NCBI GenBank assembly: GCA_965204535.1
Contig: CBDBEV010000001.1
Span: 576,001 to 640,000, forward strand
Length of the DNA stretch: 64,000 nucleotides
Direction of reading: 5' to 3'
From: a bacterium
GTDB lineage: Bacteria > UBA8248
This document shows, in pieces, positions 1 through 8,152 of this stretch. The notes below the pieces were generated by a model. The model made no database searches, was not told the DNA's origin, and saw only the letters and a program-made list of their open reading frames with translations. Position 1 is the first letter of the stretch. Every line of letters begins with the position of its first letter. The position numbers and the translations under genes were made by a program.

Positions 1-521
1 TGGCCACCCAGCGCATGTATCACGGCCCGAGGACGCGGCCCAAGGCTATTGTGATCGACGAGGCATGGGACCTGCTCTCGGGCGAGGACAGCAAGGCGTT
101 CCTGGAGGGCGCCGCAAGGCGCGCGAGAAAATACCGGGGCGCGCTCGTAACCGGCACGCAGAGCGTGAACGACTACTACGCCAACCCGGCGGCCCGGGCG
201 GCCTGGGACAACTCCGACTGGGTGATATTCCTGGCGCAAAAGGACGAGTCCGTCGAACTCCTGAAACAGGAGAAGCGCATCCACTGCGACCCCGGGATGG
301 AGCGCGCGTTAAAAAGCCTCGCCACCGTGGACGGGCGCCACGCCGAAATCGTGCTGCACGGCCCCGACGGCTGGCGGGTGGCGCGCTTGGCGCTCGACCG
401 CTGGTCGCAGGCGCTCTACTCCTCGCGCGGTCCCGCCTTCGCCGCCATCGAGAAGCTGAAGGAAGAGGGTCTCACCACGGAAGAGGCCGTCGCGCGGGTC
501 GCCGAAGAGGGCGCGCCGTGA
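1..521 (+). CDS. traC: C-terminal part of F-type T4SS ATPase TraC (VirB4 family), 5' truncated by window edge
   Basis: IVIDEAWDLL Walker B, ARRARKYRGALVTGTQS and W(D)NSDW motifs typical of the TraC C-terminus; lies upstream of trbI/traW. Confidence 0.9.
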   Translation, partial: ATQRMYHGPRTRPKAIVIDEAWDLLSGEDSKAFLEGAARRARKYRGALVTGTQSVNDYYANPAARAAWDNSDWVIFLAQKDESVELLKQEKRIHCDPGMERALKSLATVDGRHAEIVLHGPDGWRVARLALDRWSQALYSSRGPAFAAIEKLKEEGLTTEEAVARVAEEGAP

Positions 522-574
522 CGTTTCATCGTCCCTGACACCTGAATACGAACGACAACGCGAAAGGAAACCAC

Positions 575-1297
575 ATGAACGCGAGAAGAAGAGCGCCCGC
601 AAACGGCGCGGGCGGGACGGAGGAGAGGGTTCTCGACTGGCCGGGGGACCCCGAATCGCTGACGGCCGAAGCCGTCGACTTCGAGGCGCTGGCGCACGTC
701 CTGGCCAATACCTGCCGCCGGGACGGGCGGCTTGCGCGCTTCCACTCCCTGGCCGCCCATGCGGTAACGATGAGCGAGGCGATAGAGGACCTGGGCGGCG
801 ACGTCCGCGAGGCGGCGCTCCACGCGCTGCTCTTAGAAGCCAGCGTCGCGTGGCTCGGTCCAGAAGCCGCCCCCGCGCGGCGCAAGACGGACAAACTGAA
901 ACGCCTGGGCGCCCGCGTCGACCGCGTCCTGCGCGAGGCGGCGGGTATCGAGACGGAACCGGCACCTGAGCAGGCCGAGCTTCTGCGCTTCATCGCCCGG
1001 ATGGCCGATGCGGCGGAGGCGCGCGACGTCCCGGGCGCCGGCGGGAACGCGGCGGCCGTCCTCTTCCCGCCGCTCGATCGGAAGATCAGGCTCCTCGATC
1101 CCGCGCGCGCGGCGAAGCTCTGGATCGAGCGCTTGAACGATCTCAAGAGACCGCCCGTTTCGGGCGGGAGCGTATCCGCTCCACACCCCGAGGCATCCGG
1201 CGAAGATAGAGAGGAGAATCCCCATGACATTGACGCACGAAGGGCGGAAGAGCGCGCCGGGACGCAGGCGGAAAGAGGCTCACGCGATGCGGCCTAG
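575..1297 (+). CDS. HD-domain (YfbR/YfdR-like) protein with degenerate metal-binding motif
   Basis: ALAHVLANTCR..G...FHSLAAH and ALLLEASVAWLG align by eye to the family pattern AHALS..CRF.GH..YSVAQH / ALLHDA.EAY.GD. Confidence 0.6.
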   Translation: MNARRRAPANGAGGTEERVLDWPGDPESLTAEAVDFEALAHVLANTCRRDGRLARFHSLAAHAVTMSEAIEDLGGDVREAALHALLLEASVAWLGPEAAPARRKTDKLKRLGARVDRVLREAAGIETEPAPEQAELLRFIARMADAAEARDVPGAGGNAAAVLFPPLDRKIRLLDPARAAKLWIERLNDLKRPPVSGGSVSAPHPEASGEDREENPHDIDARRAEERAGTQAERGSRDAA

Positions 1298-1538
1298 GCG
1301 CAGGCGGCGGTCTGCTCAAAGGGAGCGCTGCACCCGGGTGTACGAGGACACGGAGGGCGTGTTCCGCGCCGCGGTCGCAGCCGGCGTGCTCTCCGCCGAT
1401 CCCGGGGACCGGCTCTACGCGGGCCGCTACCGCTACATGTTCCACGACGAGGAGGGAACGGCCTGGTTCAGGCGATACGACCGGAAGGACTGGGTCTCGA
1501 TGCGCGCGGAGCGGCGCGCGGCGGGGGAGGGGTCATGA
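1224..1538 (+). CDS. hypothetical protein (about 100 aa)
   Basis: GAGGAG RBS upstream; stop overlaps the trbI start (ATGA); protein-like composition (YMFHD..G.AWF). Confidence 0.55.
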   Translation: MTLTHEGRKSAPGRRRKEAHAMRPRRRRRSAQRERCTRVYEDTEGVFRAAVAAGVLSADPGDRLYAGRYRYMFHDEEGTAWFRRYDRKDWVSMRAERRAAGEGS

Positions 1539-1921
1539 GAGGTCTCCCGGCGTTCGCGGCCGCTCTTCTGCTCGCGGCAGGCGTCTCCGCCGCCGTCTCG
1601 GCCGTGACGGTGCGCCTGGCGCTTGAGCGTGTCCCCCGTATCGCGAGCGTGCGCCTGTCGAGCCTCACGGCGGACTACGTGACGAGGTCGCTGCGCGAGG
1701 GCGGAGATTCGAAGAAGGCCCTGGACGAGGCGCGCGAGTGGGCTAGACGGCTGGAGGAGGCGCTCAGAAAAGTCTCGACAAGCCGGCGCGCGGTGCTGTT
1801 CACGTCGGGCGCCGTCGCCGCCGGCGCAGAGGATCTGACGCGCGAGGTCGAGGCGGCGATGGCGGCGCTCGCGTCCCGGAAGCATCCCCCGAAAAAAAAT
1901 AAGGAGGAAAACACCAAATGA
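1535..1921 (+). CDS. trbI: F-type conjugation protein TrbI
   Basis: N-terminal TM helix, P.IASV.L, AV.AGA.DLT C-terminal motif, position between traC and traW. Confidence 0.75.
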   Translation: MRGLPAFAAALLLAAGVSAAVSAVTVRLALERVPRIASVRLSSLTADYVTRSLREGGDSKKALDEAREWARRLEEALRKVSTSRRAVLFTSGAVAAGAEDLTREVEAAMAALASRKHPPKKNKEENTK

Positions 1922-2472
1922 TGATGACAGACGACAAAAGGCCGGGCCGTACCAACCCACGTGGCTTCAGGCTGCTGGTGTGCATGGCCGTGCTTTCGGG
2001 CCTGTGGCTCGCGGCGGCATCGCGCGTCCACGTGAACGCGAGTTGGTCGGACGGCGCATGGGGGTATTTCTCGCTGCCGGTGATGGGCGCGCCCGGCCGC
2101 GGCGACCTCATCCTCTTCGACCCGCCCGAGGCGGCCGGATCGTCCATTCCCTACATGAAGCGCGTTATCGGCCTGCCGGGAGACAGCGTGGCGGTGGACG
2201 CGGAGCGCCGCGTCTTCGTGAGGGGAGAATTCGCCGGCATCGCCAAGAGGCATGCGCTCGACGGACGCGCGCTCGAAGCGATCAGGCCCGGCGTCATCCC
2301 GCCCGGCCGCTACTACGTCCACGCCGATCACGCGGACAGCCACGACAGCCGCTACGCGGAGATCGGCCTGGTGCCGCGCGGGCGCATCCGGGGCCGCGCC
2401 GTGGCGCTTCCCGCCATCCCCTGGCTGAGCCTCGAAGGCCCCCTCGCGAAACCGAAGGGGGCGCGGCCATGA
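1918..2472 (+). CDS. S26 conjugal signal peptidase (TrhF-type pilin-processing enzyme)
   Basis: VNASWS, YMKRVIGLPGD and DSHDSRY motifs. Confidence 0.85.
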   Translation: MMMTDDKRPGRTNPRGFRLLVCMAVLSGLWLAAASRVHVNASWSDGAWGYFSLPVMGAPGRGDLILFDPPEAAGSSIPYMKRVIGLPGDSVAVDAERRVFVRGEFAGIAKRHALDGRALEAIRPGVIPPGRYYVHADHADSHDSRYAEIGLVPRGRIRGRAVALPAIPWLSLEGPLAKPKGARP

Positions 2473-3140
2473 GGCGGCGTCTTCTTTTCTGTCTGTTCAC
2501 CGCGGCCACCATCTGCTGCGCGCTATTGCTCGCCGCGCCGCCGGGGGCGCCGAAGGACCTGGGCGTCCGCGGAGCGGTATGGCCCATCGAGGAGCCCGAC
2601 CTTTTGCGCGAGATCGAAGCCAGGCTCCGGGAAATGGAGAACACGGGCGAAGCGGACCGCATGAGGCGTGAAGCCGTGGAACGCGCCCGGGAGCGGGTCG
2701 AGGCGCCCGCCCGCGTCGCGGGCGTCAAGCCTGCGCGCTTTTTCAGGATCAGGCGGTTCGACCCCACCGTCACGGTCGAACAGGACATCCTTGCGCCGGA
2801 CGGAGCGCTGCTTGCGTCCCGGGGGAGCCGGATCAATCCGCTCGAAAGACGTCCCCTCACGCGAGAGCTGCTCTTCATCGACGCGACGCGTCCGGTCGAG
2901 GTCGACTGGGCGCTTGCCCGTGAAAAACCCTCCGTGATCGTACTGCTCGCGGGCCGTCCGCTGGACCTCGCGCGGGCCCACGGGCGGGCGTTTTTCTTCG
3001 ACCAGGGCGGCAGGCTCGCGAGGCGTTTGGGCATCGTCGCCACGCCATCTCTGGTGTCGGCTGCGGGAGTTTCTCTGCGCATCACGGAAATCCCTCTGGA
3101 AGGCGAAGAGAGTCTAGAAAGTAAAGGGGATCGGCCATGA
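2469..3140 (+). CDS. traW: F-type pilus assembly protein TraW
   Basis: Signal peptide, DLG..G.VWPIEEPDLL, FDPT, INPL, FFDQGG.L motifs; ATG at 2469 overlaps the upstream stop. Confidence 0.9.
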   Translation: MRRRLLFCLFTAATICCALLLAAPPGAPKDLGVRGAVWPIEEPDLLREIEARLREMENTGEADRMRREAVERARERVEAPARVAGVKPARFFRIRRFDPTVTVEQDILAPDGALLASRGSRINPLERRPLTRELLFIDATRPVEVDWALAREKPSVIVLLAGRPLDLARAHGRAFFFDQGGRLARRLGIVATPSLVSAAGVSLRITEIPLEGEESLESKGDRP

Positions 3141-4138
3141 GGCGCCGGATTTTTCTCATTCCAGTCATTTTCCTCTCCTTCGTTTTCTGGGCCGGGAAGG
3201 CGTCGGCGCAATCGTGCACGGGCCGTTTCGTGAACCCCGTGACTGACGTGTGCTGGGAGTGCCTGTTTCCGATATCGATAGGGCCGATACGTATCGGGAG
3301 CGCAACGGGCGCGCCCGACACGCCCAACCCGGGGTCCCCGATCTGTTACTGCGGGAGCCCCATCCCCCGGATCGGCCTCTCGCTCGGGGTGTGGGAACCG
3401 GCGCGCCTGATCGACGCGAGCCGCGCGCCCTGGTGTTTCCCGAATCTCGGTGGGTTGACCATCGACGGGGGTTTGCCGGCGGGACGCGGCCGGACGGGCG
3501 CCTCGGGCGGGGACGGCGCGCAAGGCTCCACCTGGCACGTCCACTACTACGTCTATCCGCTGCTCTCGTGGATCGGGGCGCTGCTCGATCTCGGCTGCCT
3601 GGAAGGCGGCGGACTCGACATCGCCTGGGTCTCCGAACTCGATCCGACCTGGCGGGACGATGAGCTCTCGTTCCTGCTGAGTCCCGAAGCCGCGCTCTTC
3701 GCCGACCTGCCCGCCCAGGCGGCCTGCGCCGCGGACTGTGCGGCGGCCTCAGCGGGCCTGCCGCTCGACGCGCTCTACTGGTGCGCGGGCTGTCAGGGCG
3801 CGATGTACCCCCTGACCGGCAACGTGGGCGCCCACGTGGGCGGCGTGCAGGCATCGCTGCTCGCAGCACAAAGGCTCGTCTTCCGCCTGCACCGCACCCT
3901 GCTCGCCTGGGGCACGTCGGGATCGGCCGCGCTGTGCGGCCGCTACCCCATGCCCATCATGAAGAAATCACAGTACCGCTGGCAGATGACGCAGCCGGTG
4001 CCCGCCACCTCGGCGCTGACCGGCTGCAACCCGACGGGCCGCTCCACGGTTCTCTGGGAGACGCTCCGCGAGCTCCCGGTCGCGGGGGAGAATTTCGGGT
4101 ACCTGCTCTGGCGCAAGCGCAACTGCTGTCTTCTCTGA
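3137..4138 (+). CDS. traU: TraU
   Basis: CTGRFVNPVTDVCWECLFP, WEPARLID, SELDPTW, WRKRNCC motifs. Confidence 0.95.
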   Translation: MRRRIFLIPVIFLSFVFWAGKASAQSCTGRFVNPVTDVCWECLFPISIGPIRIGSATGAPDTPNPGSPICYCGSPIPRIGLSLGVWEPARLIDASRAPWCFPNLGGLTIDGGLPAGRGRTGASGGDGAQGSTWHVHYYVYPLLSWIGALLDLGCLEGGGLDIAWVSELDPTWRDDELSFLLSPEAALFADLPAQAACAADCAAASAGLPLDALYWCAGCQGAMYPLTGNVGAHVGGVQASLLAAQRLVFRLHRTLLAWGTSGSAALCGRYPMPIMKKSQYRWQMTQPVPATSALTGCNPTGRSTVLWETLRELPVAGENFGYLLWRKRNCCLL

Positions 4139-4153
4139 TCCGGGGAAAGCGAA

Positions 4154-4852
4154 TTGAACCACGTATTGATTCTCAAAGTTCTTGTCCTGACCTTCCTGCT
4201 CTGGCCCGGAACAGCTCTCGCGCAGGAAACGGCCGAAGAGACCGCCCGGGATATGGTGGAAAGGGCATTACGGAACAAGAAAAAAACTCCACCCGCCGAC
4301 TTGGGCGCCTGGTCGCGTTCCGTGCTGGAGCGCGCCCTCGAACGCGCCGCCAAAAACGCCCCTGAGACCCCCGCCCCCCTGCCGGCGGAAAGCCGCGCCG
4401 GGAGCCTCGCGGAGAATCTGTCAAAGCCTGCGCGAGGCCCGGAAATCATCGTTTTCATGAGCCTCTCCGTCCCTGCCGAGGCCTGGCGGCAGTGGAGTTT
4501 CGAGGCGGCCAGGATCGGCGCGCCGCTGGTGCTGCGCGGCGTCGCGCAGGGAGGACTCAGGGCTACCGTGAAGCAAATAGGTGGACAACTTGCAGAAGGT
4601 GGAGGCGCCGCGATCGACCCGCGCCTCTTCCGGCTGTTCGAGGTGAAGGCGGTCCCCGCCGTCGCCGTCGTCCCGGGCGGCGTCCCGCCTTGTACGAGCC
4701 GGGGCTGCGCCGAAGACCCGGCCCCGCCCCATGACGTTATCGGGGGGAACATCGGCCTCGACGCTGCGCTCGCTGCGATCGCCAAAGAAGGCGGGCCGGG
4801 ACGCGAGACGGCGCGTCGTCATCTCGGGAAACTCAGGGGAGATTACCGGTGA
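4154..4852 (+). CDS. trbC: F-type pilin assembly protein TrbC
   Basis: VFMSLSVP, LVLRG, IDPRLFRLF.V.AVP, GN..L..AL motifs; TTG start. Confidence 0.88.
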   Translation: MNHVLILKVLVLTFLLWPGTALAQETAEETARDMVERALRNKKKTPPADLGAWSRSVLERALERAAKNAPETPAPLPAESRAGSLAENLSKPARGPEIIVFMSLSVPAEAWRQWSFEAARIGAPLVLRGVAQGGLRATVKQIGGQLAEGGGAAIDPRLFRLFEVKAVPAVAVVPGGVPPCTSRGCAEDPAPPHDVIGGNIGLDAALAAIAKEGGPGRETARRHLGKLRGDYR

Positions 4853-5925
4853 GGCGCAACGACAAAATAAAGGTCGTCATCCTGATCCTGCTCATCCTGG
4901 CGCACCTGTCAGCGGGCGACTCGCGCGCCGAAGACCCCAAGGCAGCCGCCCGCGCGATGGGGGATGCGGGACGGGCGACTGCCGCCGCGTTCGCGCGGGA
5001 CCCTGCCTCGACGTCAAAAGTGCCCGGCTATGCGGGAACGAACCGGCCCGAACGGAACCTGAATGCGGCCGATCTGGAAGACGCCGCTGCCCGTGCGCTC
5101 GCCGATCCCGATGACCAGGGCGGCCGGGCCGGGCGCGCCGTGATCGAGGGGACGACCGCGCGCCCTGAAGCGTCGGTCGGGACGGGCGATCCGATATCTG
5201 TGCGCGGCGATGAGATACAGGGCGAGCCGGGCGCTTCGCGCTTCGGCGCCGCGGGCCTGGCGTCGGGGTCCGTGACGGACTGCGGGAAGGGACTCGCGCA
5301 GGCCGAATCGGGCGGCGCCTGCGGCTCCGTCGCCTGGTGCGTGGGAGCGGACTGCGAGACCAGGACCTCTCAGGCGGGCACCGGGTTCGTGGGCGCGGCG
5401 GCGAAACTCAACATGGTGCTCGAACTGGGCGGCGAGGAATTCGACCGGGGGAACCTGCTCTTCTTCCGGGGCGAGCGCAGATCGTGCCGGATCCGCTGGG
5501 GCGGACTGGCGAACTGCTGCAAGGATTCAGGGCTCCTCATCGGCCTCGGCGACTGCACCGAGGCGGAGCGCCTCCTGGCGCAGGAGCGCCACGCCGGGAA
5601 CACGCATTACCTGGGCACGCGGTGCGCGAAGCGCATCTTGGGGGTCTGTGTGCGCAGGGAGCGGGTCTGGTGCGTCTTCGGCTCCAAGCTCGGCCGCATC
5701 CTCCAGGAGGCGGCGCGGTCGCAGCTCGGAATCGGCTGGGGCAGCTGCCGCGGCTTCACCGTCTCGGAGATGGAGCGGATCGACTTCGAGGCCGTGGACC
5801 TGTCGGAGTTCACGGAAAACCTCATGGACGGCGCGAGCGAGCCTTCCGTCACGCTCCCCGACTCGGGAGATACCGGCTCCTTGATGAGAGGGCGCATACG
5901 CGATTTCTATGACAGGAACAAGTGA
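4849..5925 (+). CDS. traN: mating-pair stabilisation protein TraN (short, 358 aa)
   Basis: Cys-rich C-terminus NCC, CVFGSKLGRILQE..R.QLG, CRGFT..E..RIDF..VDLSEF. Confidence 0.85.
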   Translation: MRRNDKIKVVILILLILAHLSAGDSRAEDPKAAARAMGDAGRATAAAFARDPASTSKVPGYAGTNRPERNLNAADLEDAAARALADPDDQGGRAGRAVIEGTTARPEASVGTGDPISVRGDEIQGEPGASRFGAAGLASGSVTDCGKGLAQAESGGACGSVAWCVGADCETRTSQAGTGFVGAAAKLNMVLELGGEEFDRGNLLFFRGERRSCRIRWGGLANCCKDSGLLIGLGDCTEAERLLAQERHAGNTHYLGTRCAKRILGVCVRRERVWCVFGSKLGRILQEAARSQLGIGWGSCRGFTVSEMERIDFEAVDLSEFTENLMDGASEPSVTLPDSGDTGSLMRGRIRDFYDRNK

Positions 5926-5934
5926 GGAACGAGC

Positions 5935-6729
5935 ATGACGAAAATCTGCGCATTGGCCTTCGCCTGCCTTTTCGTGCTGATTACAGCCTTGCCTGTCGAG
6001 GCGCGGGAGTGGCGCCGCTGGTGCGGCGCGGAGGCGTCGCCGCTCGGCTGGCACTTCTATTGCGACCGGAGCGGGGAGGAAACGGAAGATGAGGCGCAGG
6101 CGACGAAGGCGCCGCCGGCTAGGAGCGCCAAAGAGCGGATCCTCGCGACACGCAGGGCGCTGGAGGAGGCCCGCGCGCGGGCTGTCCTCGAACCCACTGC
6201 AAAGAACGTCACGGCCTACCTGCGCCTCCAGCAGGAGGCCCTGCAGAGCGCCGCCGCGTTCTCGGACGCCTTCAGGCGCGCCGTATGGTCGAACCCGGAC
6301 CTCGACTACACGCTGAGACGCCCGGTGGGCGCGCTCGCCAAGAGGCTCTGGACGGAAGAGCGAAGAGCCGAGCGCGAGGGCGCCCTGCAAGGGCTCGGCG
6401 AGCGCTACGGCCTCATCTACCTGGGTTCTGAGAAATGTCCGGGATGCCGCGTCTTCGGGCCGCTCCTTCGCGCCTTCGCGCTCCGGCACGGGATCGAGGT
6501 GCTCGCGGTCTCGATGACGGGAGGAGCGCTCGCGGGCTGGCCGGAGGCGGTCCCGGACAACGGCCGCGCCGCGCGTCTCGGCATTGAAGTCCCGGTACTG
6601 CCCGCCGTGGTCCTCTACGATACGAAGGCCAGGCGAGCGATCCCGGTCTCGTTCGGCGTCGTCGCCGAGGACCAGCTGGCGGAGCGCATCTTCGCCCTCA
6701 CCGCCAGGGAGGTCGGAAGTGACTACTAG
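5935..6729 (+). CDS. traF: thioredoxin-like TraF
   Basis: GWHFYCD, AVLEPT..NV..Y, NPDLDY and CPGC motifs. Confidence 0.9.
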   Translation: MTKICALAFACLFVLITALPVEAREWRRWCGAEASPLGWHFYCDRSGEETEDEAQATKAPPARSAKERILATRRALEEARARAVLEPTAKNVTAYLRLQQEALQSAAAFSDAFRRAVWSNPDLDYTLRRPVGALAKRLWTEERRAEREGALQGLGERYGLIYLGSEKCPGCRVFGPLLRAFALRHGIEVLAVSMTGGALAGWPEAVPDNGRAARLGIEVPVLPAVVLYDTKARRAIPVSFGVVAEDQLAERIFALTAREVGSDY

Positions 6730-8131
6730 CCGAATTTTCATATTGCTCATCCTGGGCGCCGCGTTCCTTTTTGCCTCCCCTGCACGCGCGGACGTGCTGT
6801 CGGAGATGGAGAACTTCTGGCGGGGCGCCGCCGTGAACACCACCGGGCCCACCGCCTTCGACGGCCAGGCGTCCGGCCACTGGACGCTCGGCAATTTGTA
6901 TCTACGCGCGCCGGTGAGGTCCGAATCGGTCGCAACTGTGAGCCTGCCCTCATACCGCGCCGGCTGCGGCGGCATCGACGCGTTCGCGGGTGCTTTTTCC
7001 TTCATCGACTCCGACCAGATGATCGCCTTCGCGCGCGCCGTCGCGCAAAACGCCGCGGGCTTCGCCTTCGAACTGGCGCTCGAGACCATATCGCCCGTGA
7101 TCGCCGAGACCATGTCGAAACTCCGCGCCCTGGCCCAGTGGGTGAACAACCAGAACCTGAACTCCTGCGAGACCGCCCAGGCGCTCGTCGGCGCCGTGTG
7201 GTCGAAGAACGACCGGGCGAGCGCCGCCATCTGCGCCGCGGTCGGGACGCGGCAGGGGATTTTTTCGGACTACGCCGCCGCGCGCCACGGCTGCGGCGCG
7301 GACGGGAAACGCAATTCGACTTTGGCGGCGGCCACGGGTCCGCTCAGGGAACAGACGCCCGTCAACGTGAACTACGCCTGGCGCGCCGTTCAGGCCTCGG
7401 GCTTCCTGGCGTCCGACCGGGACCTGGGCGAATTCGCGATGTCGGTATCGGGCAGCGTGATCGTGACCGCGCCGGTCACCGACGCCGATTCTTCCGGTCC
7501 CCGCGTGCGCGTGCTCGAACCCCTGGCGCTCGACAGGAGGGTGACGGAGGTCCTTATGGAAGGCGCCGGCGACCTGCCGGTCTACCGCTGCGACACTCCC
7601 GTGGAATGCCTGAACCCCACGCTCGGACGCCTCACGGTGCCCGCTGCGCGGGGGTTCCGGAACCGGGTGGCGGAGCTACTCCGCCGCCTCGTCGACGCGG
7701 TGCGGACGGACACGGCGCCTCCGGCGGACGCCCTGGGACTCGTGAACCTCACGACGCTGCCCGTCTACCGGCTCGTGAACGCGGCCGCCGCCTACCGCGG
7801 CGCCGTGGTGGAACAGGAATTGGACGTCCTGGCGGAGGCCGTGGCGCTCGACGTGCTCCAGGTCTGGATATCCGATCTCCACCGCACGATCGAGGAGCGC
7901 GCGGGGTCCATGGACGTCGCCGACGGCGAGCGTCTCACGCGCTGGCGCGAGGGACTGCGCAGGAACCGCGCCGCCCTCGCGCGCCACCGGAACGAGGGCC
8001 TCGAACGCTTCAACACCGCCCTGGCCGTGGTCGAGAAACTCCGCCTCATCGAGACCGAACTCGCGGGTGCGCTCTCGGCGGATCTCCGCGCGGCGCTCGC
8101 CTTCTCGCGCGGCGCGGGGGCCTCACGATAG
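6719..8131 (+). CDS. traH: TraH
   Basis: AGCGGIDAFAGAFSFI, FELALETISP, NSCE.AQ motifs; probable GTG start at 6719 before a signal peptide. Confidence 0.9.
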   Translation: MTTSRIFILLILGAAFLFASPARADVLSEMENFWRGAAVNTTGPTAFDGQASGHWTLGNLYLRAPVRSESVATVSLPSYRAGCGGIDAFAGAFSFIDSDQMIAFARAVAQNAAGFAFELALETISPVIAETMSKLRALAQWVNNQNLNSCETAQALVGAVWSKNDRASAAICAAVGTRQGIFSDYAAARHGCGADGKRNSTLAAATGPLREQTPVNVNYAWRAVQASGFLASDRDLGEFAMSVSGSVIVTAPVTDADSSGPRVRVLEPLALDRRVTEVLMEGAGDLPVYRCDTPVECLNPTLGRLTVPAARGFRNRVAELLRRLVDAVRTDTAPPADALGLVNLTTLPVYRLVNAAAAYRGAVVEQELDVLAEAVALDVLQVWISDLHRTIEERAGSMDVADGERLTRWREGLRRNRAALARHRNEGLERFNTALAVVEKLRLIETELAGALSADLRAALAFSRGAGASR

Positions 8132-8152
8132 CGACGGCGAGAGAGACAAACC

